12,614 nt of DNA, from positions 1 to 12,614 of the forward strand of contig JBGUUN010000068.1 of NCBI GenBank assembly GCA_045133555.1, read 5' to 3'. Shown here piece by piece: positions 8,017 to 12,614 of the stretch. Both the position numbers and the translations under genes were made by a program. The stretch comes from Oscillospiraceae bacterium. GTDB lineage: Bacteria; Bacillota; Clostridia; Oscillospirales; Ruminococcaceae. Positions within the stretch are counted from its first letter, which is position 1. Each line of letters begins with the position of its first letter. The notes beneath the pieces are model-generated. The model saw only the letters and a program-made list of their open reading frames with translations, did no database searches and was not told the origin of the DNA.

Positions 8017-8058
8017 GATCATAGCCGGAAGCATCCGGCTATGATCTTTCTACTTTTA
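8017..8058 (+). terminator. Intra-operon hairpin with an interrupted T-tract (possible partial terminator or RNA-processing/stability element)
   Basis: Perfect 13-bp stem gatcatagccgga (8017-8029) / tccggctatgatc (8034-8046) with loop agca. It is followed by tttctactttt (8047-8057). It lies between the khpA stop (8002) and the rimM start (8077). Confidence 0.5.
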
Positions 8059-8076
8059 TAGGGAGGATGAGAAACG

Positions 8077-8601
8077 ATGCGTAAACGTAAAGCTTTTTTG
8101 GAGATCGGACAGATCGTTGCGCCGCATGGTATTCGCGGTCATGTCAGAGTACAGGCTTGGTGTGATGATGCCGAGATGCTGACCGAGTTTGATGAGCTGT
8201 ATCTGGATAACGGTAAAAAGCCGGTTAAAATCACCTCTGCCGGTCTGCATAAAAATGTGGTTTTGATGAAGCTCGAAGGTATCGACGATATGAATGCGGC
8301 ACAGAATCTGCGCAATCAGATCTTATATGTTGACCGTGAGCAGCTGGTGTTGGATGAGAACACCTACTTCATCCAGGATTTGGTAGGTATGCAGGTCATC
8401 GATGCAGATGTGGAAGGTAAAGTATACGGCAAGCTGACCGATGTGTTCCAGACCGGTGCTAACGATGTCTATGAGATCACCACCGAGCAGAAGAAGAAAG
8501 TTCTGATCCCGGCGATCAAGGATGTTGTCATCAAGACCGATCTGGATGCAGATGTTATGACCATCCGTCCGCTGAAGGGATTGTTCGACGATGAGATTTG
8601 A
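8077..8601 (+). CDS. rimM: 16S rRNA processing / ribosome maturation factor RimM
   Basis: The N-terminal [18 protein letters not shown] motif and C-terminal PRC-barrel-like region ([23 protein letters not shown]) fit RimM. SD GGGAGG is upstream. The position before trmD is conserved. Confidence 0.93.
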   Translation: MRKRKAFLEIGQIVAPHGIRGHVRVQAWCDDAEMLTEFDELYLDNGKKPVKITSAGLHKNVVLMKLEGIDDMNAAQNLRNQILYVDREQLVLDENTYFIQDLVGMQVIDADVEGKVYGKLTDVFQTGANDVYEITTEQKKKVLIPAIKDVVIKTDLDADVMTIRPLKGLFDDEI

Positions 8602-9292
8602 TATTGCGACCTTGTTCCCGGAAATGTGCGAGGCAGTATTGGGGGAAAGCATTGTAGGCCGCGGAAGAAAGAACGGCTGCTTTGAACTTTACTGTCATCA
8701 GATTCGCGATTACAGCAACGATAAACACCGTCGTGTGGATGATTATCCGTACGGCGGCGGAAAGGGAATGGTTATGCAGCCGCAGCCGATCTATTCCTGC
8801 TATGAGGATATCTGTGCACAGGCAGCTTCGAAACCGTATGTGATCTATCTTTCGCCGCAGGGCAAATGTCTGACCCAGAAGCGTTGTCATGAGCTTGCGG
8901 AAATGGAGCATATCATGCTGCTGTGCGGACATTACGAGGGCGTGGATGAGCGTGTTTTAGAGGAGATCGTAGACGAGGAGATCTCGATCGGCGATTATGT
9001 ACTGACCGGCGGTGAGCTCGGAGCAATGGTTTTGGTAGACAGTGTGTCCCGTCTGCTGCCGGGCGTGTTGGCAAGTGAGGAGTGCTTTATGGAAGAAAGC
9101 CTCACGGACAATTTGCTGGAGTATCCGCAATATACACGTCCACCGGTATGGAAAGAGCGTGAGGTGCCGCAGGTATTGCTCTCCGGTCATCATGCGAATA
9201 TCGTCAAATGGCGTGGTGAGCAGCGTTTGCAGCGTACAAAAACCAAACGTCCGGATCTGCTTGCAAAGGAAAACTCCTCTCACAGTGAATGA
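8591..9292 (+). CDS. trmD: tRNA (guanine37-N1)-methyltransferase TrmD
   Basis: [12 protein letters not shown] start, [26 protein letters not shown] and [17 protein letters not shown] are SPOUT/TrmD signatures. The gene overlaps the rimM 3' end by 11 nt. Confidence 0.96.
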   Translation: MRFDIATLFPEMCEAVLGESIVGRGRKNGCFELYCHQIRDYSNDKHRRVDDYPYGGGKGMVMQPQPIYSCYEDICAQAASKPYVIYLSPQGKCLTQKRCHELAEMEHIMLLCGHYEGVDERVLEEIVDEEISIGDYVLTGGELGAMVLVDSVSRLLPGVLASEECFMEESLTDNLLEYPQYTRPPVWKEREVPQVLLSGHHANIVKWRGEQRLQRTKTKRPDLLAKENSSHSE

Positions 9293-9433
9293 TCCATATA
9301 CAAAATAGCTAAAATCGAAGTTTTTTTGCAAGAAATTCAATCAAAGAAAATAGAAAACTTGCACAAACAGAGGTTTTGAGTTTTGTGACATATCGTCAAA
9401 AAGCAGATTTTCCGGTAAAATCCAAAAATATGA

Positions 9434-9461
9434 TTGACGGCTACCGATTTTGTGGTATAAT
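9434..9461 (+). promoter_or_regulatory. Sigma-A promoter of ptsH
   Basis: TTGACG (9434-9439), a 16-nt spacer, and TATAAT (9456-9461) preceded by TGg (9453-9455), an extended -10. It sits about 70 nt upstream of the ptsH ATG. Confidence 0.7.
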
Positions 9462-9532
9462 ATTACTTGTAAACACGCAGACCAAGATGTTTGCTGTTAT
9501 TCACCGTATTTTGAGAAACAGAGGTTAGAATT

Positions 9533-9796
9533 ATGGTAACGAAAGAATTAAAAATCGAAAATCAGGTTGGTTTACACGCTAGACCGGCTACCTTCTTCAT
9601 TCAGAAAACCAACGAGTTCAAATCCACCATTTGGATCGAGAAAGACGACCGTCGCGTAAACGCTAAGAGCTTACTGGGCGTTCTGTCCTTAGGTATCGTT
9701 GGCGGCACCACCATCAAAGTTACTGCTGATGGTCCGGATGAAGACAAAGCTGTTGAAGCTTTAGAGCGTCTGGTAGCTAACGGTTTCGCTGAATAA
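9533..9796 (+). CDS. ptsH: Phosphocarrier protein HPr
   Basis: An 87-aa protein with active-site His15 context (NQVGLHARPAT) and regulatory Ser46 context (VNAKSLLGVLSLGI). His15 is retained, so this is HPr rather than Crh. Codon usage is of the highly expressed type. Confidence 0.93.
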   Translation: MVTKELKIENQVGLHARPATFFIQKTNEFKSTIWIEKDDRRVNAKSLLGVLSLGIVGGTTIKVTADGPDEDKAVEALERLVANGFAE

Positions 9797-9810
9797 TTTC
9801 GGAATACAAG

Positions 9811-9847
9811 AAAAGCTGTACACATCGATGTGTGTACAGCTTTTTTT
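9811..9847. terminator. Bidirectional rho-independent terminator shared by convergent ptsH (+) and the M23 peptidase gene (-)
   Basis: Perfect 14-bp stem aaaagctgtacaca (9811-9824) / tgtgtacagctttt (9831-9844) with a 6-nt loop. An A-tract on one side and a T-tract (9841-9847) on the other let it work in both orientations. The minus-strand stop codon (9846-9848) abuts the stem. Confidence 0.85.
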
Positions 9848-10565
9848 ATTTCTTGCTTTGGATCGGATCGATCCAGTTACCGTCTTTTTTCATCGCAAAA
9901 TGCAGGTGAGAATCCAATGCCTGTTCGATCTCAGCGGTGTCACCAACGCTGCCGATCACTTCACCAAGTGCGATCTTTTGCCCTTTATTGACAGGGATGC
10001 TGTTGGATAAGCCCATATAATAGCTCTTGCTTCCGTCGGAGTGGGAAACCGTAACCGTCATGCCCCAGAGCGGATCGGAAGTAATATCTGTGACTTCACC
10101 GCTGTTGCAGGCTTTTACCGGTGTGCCCGGTTCGGCTGCAATGTCCACACCGTCATGGGTTCTCCAATCGTTTAAGGTCAGTGATTTCACCATCATACCA
10201 TCGGAATAAGGGGTGATGATGTTTCCGTCTACCGGCATTACAAAGCCGGTCAACTGTTTCGGTGCGGTATCTTTTGTATCTTTGCTGACGGTTTCTTCCT
10301 TTTTCGGTTCGGTCATGGTCTGCGCAGTTTCTTCTTCGGAAGCCGTGTTGTCTGCCTGCGCCTGATCGAGCCATTCTTCGCTTTCATCCGGGATGGAGGC
10401 GATTTGATCTATATTCTGCGGCAGACTGTTTTGCTCACTGATCTCGTCAGCCGTCTGTCTGACCCCGATGAATGCAGCACCGCCGACTGCAAGCAAACCG
10501 CACAGAACGGCAGCGATCATGCCTCGGCTGAAATTTTTTTGTTTGGATGTGATCTTTTTCATCAT
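9846..10565 (-). CDS. Membrane-anchored M23/LytM-family metallopeptidase (SpoIIQ-like architecture)
   Basis: N-terminal single TM segment (GMIAAVLCGLLAVGGAAFIGV), an acidic low-complexity linker, and a C-terminal LytM domain. The LytM domain has intact Zn motifs HxxxD (THDGVDIAA) and HxH (SHLHFAM). The M23 family call is solid. The SpoIIQ assignment is only architectural (see findings). Confidence 0.85.
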   Translation of the reverse strand: MMKKITSKQKNFSRGMIAAVLCGLLAVGGAAFIGVRQTADEISEQNSLPQNIDQIASIPDESEEWLDQAQADNTASEEETAQTMTEPKKEETVSKDTKDTAPKQLTGFVMPVDGNIITPYSDGMMVKSLTLNDWRTHDGVDIAAEPGTPVKACNSGEVTDITSDPLWGMTVTVSHSDGSKSYYMGLSNSIPVNKGQKIALGEVIGSVGDTAEIEQALDSHLHFAMKKDGNWIDPIQSKK

Positions 10566-10867
10566 GTTTTCATGCCTTTCTGATTATGATAGAGTAAGGA
10601 GGATACACGGTATATCGGTATTGTGTGCAGACATGTCCGGTTTATGCAGCCACAGACGGAAAGGAATGAAATTCAATATAGTTTTTAATTAATTCATATT
10701 TTGTTATTATTTGTCCGAACAGAGCGAACAAAAACAGAATATTTCCGTGATAGAAAAACACATTTGATGTAATTGGTCTTATTTCCCCGTAAAATTGGTG
10801 TTAATAACGAAAGAAAATAAAAAACATATTAACAAATTTGAAAATATATCAATTTTTTATAAAATGC

Positions 10868-10896
10868 TTGACATTTTAAAACAATGCTCGTATAAT
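10868..10896 (+). promoter_or_regulatory. Sigma-A promoter of serC-serA
   Basis: Consensus TTGACA (10868-10873), a 17-nt spacer, and consensus TATAAT (10891-10896). An A/T-rich UP-like tract lies upstream (aaaatatatcaattttttataaaatgc). The predicted leader is about 120 nt. Confidence 0.75.
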
Positions 10897-11023
10897 ATAT
10901 AACATATTCTTGCTGTTATAGCTTTAACAAATGGAGCAGTTAAGGTGAAAGGTTGCAGGCTAAAAAAATAAAAACATGCAATATGCGGCAAGGAAGATCT
11001 TTTGATGGAGGTATATATTTGTT

Positions 11024-12112
11024 ATGGGTAGAGTTTACAACTTTAGTGCAGGCCCATCCTGCCTGCCGGAATCGGTATTGAAAAAAGCAGCAGAAGAGAT
11101 GCTGGATTATGAGGGCAGCGGTCAGTCCGTTATGGAAATGTCCCACCGCTCTAAAACCTATGACAAGATCATCAAGGATTGCGAAGCTTTACTGCGTGAA
11201 GTGATGAACATTCCGGAGAATTACAAAGTATTGTTCTTACAGGGCGGTGCTTCCACCCAGTTTGCAATGGTACCGAGCAATCTGCTTGTCAAAAACAAAA
11301 AAGCTGATTTCGTGGTAACCGGTCAGTGGGCTAAGAAAGCTTATGCCGAAGCTAAAAAATTCGGCGAGGCTCGCGCTGTCGCTTCTTCCGCAGACAAAAC
11401 TTTCTCTTATATTCCGAAACTGGATCCGGCTACTTTTGATCCGGAAGCTGATTATTTCCACATCTGCATGAACAATACCATTTACGGTACCGTATACCAC
11501 GAGTTACCGGATACCGGCAATGTTCCGCTGGTTGCAGACATCAGCTCCTGCATCCTGTCCGAGCCGATCGATGTCAGCAAATTCGGTTTACTGTACGCAG
11601 GTGCTCAGAAAAACATGGGTCCGGCAGGTCTGACCGTTGTCATCGTCAGAGAGGACTTGATCGGCAACTGTGATGAAGCTGCTGTTCCGACCATGATGCA
11701 GTACAAAACCCACGCTGATAACGATTCTATGTTCAACACTCCGCCGTGCTATGCGATCTATGTTTGTAAAATGGTTCTCGAGTGGATCAAAAACGAAATC
11801 GGCGGCTTAGAGAAGATGAAAGAGATCAACGAGCGCAAAGCTAAGATCTTATATGATTATCTGGATTCTTCCGCTATGTTCAAAGGCACCGTAGTTGCAG
11901 AGGACCGTTCCTTAATGAACATTCCGTTTGTTACCGGCAATGAAGATCTGGATAAGAAATTCGTTGCAGAGGCTACCAAAGCAGGCTTTGTTAACCTTAA
12001 AGGTCACCGTTCCGTCGGTGGCATGCGTGCTTCCATCTACAATGCAATGCCGGTTGAAGGCGTTGAGAAGCTGGTCGCATTCATGAAAGAATTCGAGCAG
12101 GCAAATGCTTGA
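11024..12112 (+). CDS. serC: 3-phosphoserine/phosphohydroxythreonine aminotransferase
   Basis: YNFSAGPSCLPESVL, VMEMSHRSK and FLQGGASTQF are canonical SerC motifs. At 362 aa the length is typical. GGAGG at 11007-11011 sits 12 nt before the ATG. Confidence 0.95.
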   Translation: MGRVYNFSAGPSCLPESVLKKAAEEMLDYEGSGQSVMEMSHRSKTYDKIIKDCEALLREVMNIPENYKVLFLQGGASTQFAMVPSNLLVKNKKADFVVTGQWAKKAYAEAKKFGEARAVASSADKTFSYIPKLDPATFDPEADYFHICMNNTIYGTVYHELPDTGNVPLVADISSCILSEPIDVSKFGLLYAGAQKNMGPAGLTVVIVREDLIGNCDEAAVPTMMQYKTHADNDSMFNTPPCYAIYVCKMVLEWIKNEIGGLEKMKEINERKAKILYDYLDSSAMFKGTVVAEDRSLMNIPFVTGNEDLDKKFVAEATKAGFVNLKGHRSVGGMRASIYNAMPVEGVEKLVAFMKEFEQANA

Positions 12113-12128
12113 GAGGGAAGTGACAGTT

Positions 12129-12614
12129 ATGTTATACAATATCAAAACTTTAAATAAAATTTCCCCGTACGGTCTTGATTTATTCGACCGCACCAAATAC
12201 ATGTGTGCTGACGAAGTAGATAATCCGGATGCGATTTTAGTCCGCAGTGCTTCTATGCACGATATGGAGCTTGAGCCGAGCGTTGCAGCAATCGCAAGAG
12301 CCGGTGCAGGTGTCAACAACATCCCGTTGGATAAATGCTCCGAAGCAGGTGTCTGCGTATTCAACACTCCGGGTGCAAACGCAAATGCTGTTAAAGAGAT
12401 GGTCATTTTAGGTCTGTTGATGGCATCCCGTAAAGTTGCTAACTCTATGGAGTGGGTCAAAACCTTAAAAGGCAGCGGCGACGATGTTACCAAACTGGTT
12501 GAAAAAGGCAAAAGCCAGTTCGTCGGACCGGAGCTGCTCGGCAAAAAGATCGGTGTTATCGGTTTAGGTGCGATCGGTGTTTTGGTTGCTAACGCAGCAC
12601 ATTACCTGGGCATG
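12129..12614 (+). CDS. serA: D-3-phosphoglycerate dehydrogenase / D-isomer-specific 2-hydroxyacid dehydrogenase, 5' partial (runs off the window)
   Basis: This ORF is absent from the ORF track because it has no stop in the window. ATG at 12129 opens a frame that stays open for 162 codons to 12614. It translates MLYNIKTLNKISPYGLDLFDR...AIARAGAGVNNIPLD...GKKIGVIGLGAIGVLVA, with a GxGxxG NAD-binding motif. It starts 16 nt after the serC stop, matching the usual serC-serA pairing. Confidence 0.85.
   Translation, partial: MLYNIKTLNKISPYGLDLFDRTKYMCADEVDNPDAILVRSASMHDMELEPSVAAIARAGAGVNNIPLDKCSEAGVCVFNTPGANANAVKEMVILGLLMASRKVANSMEWVKTLKGSGDDVTKLVEKGKSQFVGPELLGKKIGVIGLGAIGVLVANAAHYLGM

Noticed and set aside
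9384-9400. TGAC-N5-GTCA dyad (9386-9398) and a cre-like TGTAAACACG (9468-9477) near the ptsH promoter
   Set aside because: The dyad arms are only 4 bp. The cre-like site fails the central CG of the CcpA consensus (TGNAANCGNTNNCA). This is not enough to call an operator.
9365-9528. An 11-mer aaacagaggtt occurring twice (9365-9375 and 9516-9526), each next to a copy of ttttgag, and a 47-codon GTG ORF (9385-9528) with an SD-like AGAGG upstream
   Set aside because: Chance 11-mer repeats are expected in 12.6 kb (roughly tens of pairs). The second copy is simply the ptsH SD region. The small ORF would contain the entire near-consensus ptsH promoter and ends in the ptsH SD. The peptide has no notable features. 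It is worth at most a glance in Ribo-seq data.
10740-10799. Short direct repeats in the divergent intergenic region: TATTTCC(CC)GT at 10740-10748 and 10780-10790, and AATTGGT at 10771-10777 and 10793-10799
   Set aside because: 7-9-mers recurring in a 458-bp AT-rich spacer are expected by chance. There is no dyad symmetry or consistent phasing with either promoter. An operator cannot be excluded, but the sequence alone does not support one.
10931-11005. Mini upstream ORFs in the serC leader (ATG 10931-10948, 5 codons; ATG 10976-11005, 9 codons)
   Set aside because: Neither has an SD-like sequence upstream, and neither is enriched in Ser codons as an attenuation leader peptide would be.
11912-12544. 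A 210-aa minus-strand ORF across the serC 3' end and serA 5' end, plus similar ones at 2627-3253, 3587-4012 and 6128-6697
   Set aside because: All are antisense shadows of strongly supported + strand genes. They have compositionally odd translations and no start-site signals.
1-12614. The suggested novel biological system (defence island, mobile element, toxin-antitoxin, CRISPR, retron-like or similar)
   Set aside because: Every ORF of substantial size that I accept has a clear housekeeping identity with family motifs visible in the translation. Gene order matches conserved Firmicutes synteny (cmk...rpsA, ylxM-ffh-rpsP-khpA-rimM-trmD, serC-serA). I found no repeat arrays, integrase or transposase genes, flanking tRNA, or extended foreign-composition block. 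The only compositional anomaly is the ~190-bp patch inside ispH.

Overview
This window looks like ordinary core-genome sequence from a Firmicutes, probably Clostridia-type, chromosome of mid-range GC; the taxon is an inference from gene order and the ispH-S1 fusion. I call 15 protein genes, 14 of them on the + strand, in four transcription units. (1) 104-5575: an RpiR/MurR-family regulator, an HI0933/BaiN-type flavoprotein, cmk, plsC and a fused ispH-rpsA ORF, overlapping or nearly abutting, ended by a clean terminator at 5590-5626. (2) 5749-9292: ylxM-ffh-rpsP-khpA-rimM-trmD, driven by a consensus sigma-A promoter. (3) A monocistronic ptsH (HPr), convergent with a membrane-anchored M23/LytM peptidase, the two sharing a bidirectional terminator. 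(4) serC-serA, with serA cut by the window end. I see no rRNA, tRNA, CRISPR array, transposase, integrase, phage gene, toxin-antitoxin pair or recognisable defence gene, and nothing supports a novel multi-gene system here. The signals most worth a second look all sit inside the ispH-rpsA fusion. First, a strong in-frame Shine-Dalgarno plus ATG lies exactly at the IspH/S1 domain junction, where codon usage also switches abruptly. Second, a roughly 190-bp stretch of about 32% GC is embedded in frame in the conserved IspH core. Third, that stretch contains a promoter-like motif. Lesser observations are a perfect 13-bp hairpin between khpA and rimM, the absence of rplS after trmD, and SpoIIQ-like features of the M23 protein. 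Three ORF-track starts (80, 6071, 7486) are probably too far upstream, and I give corrected starts.
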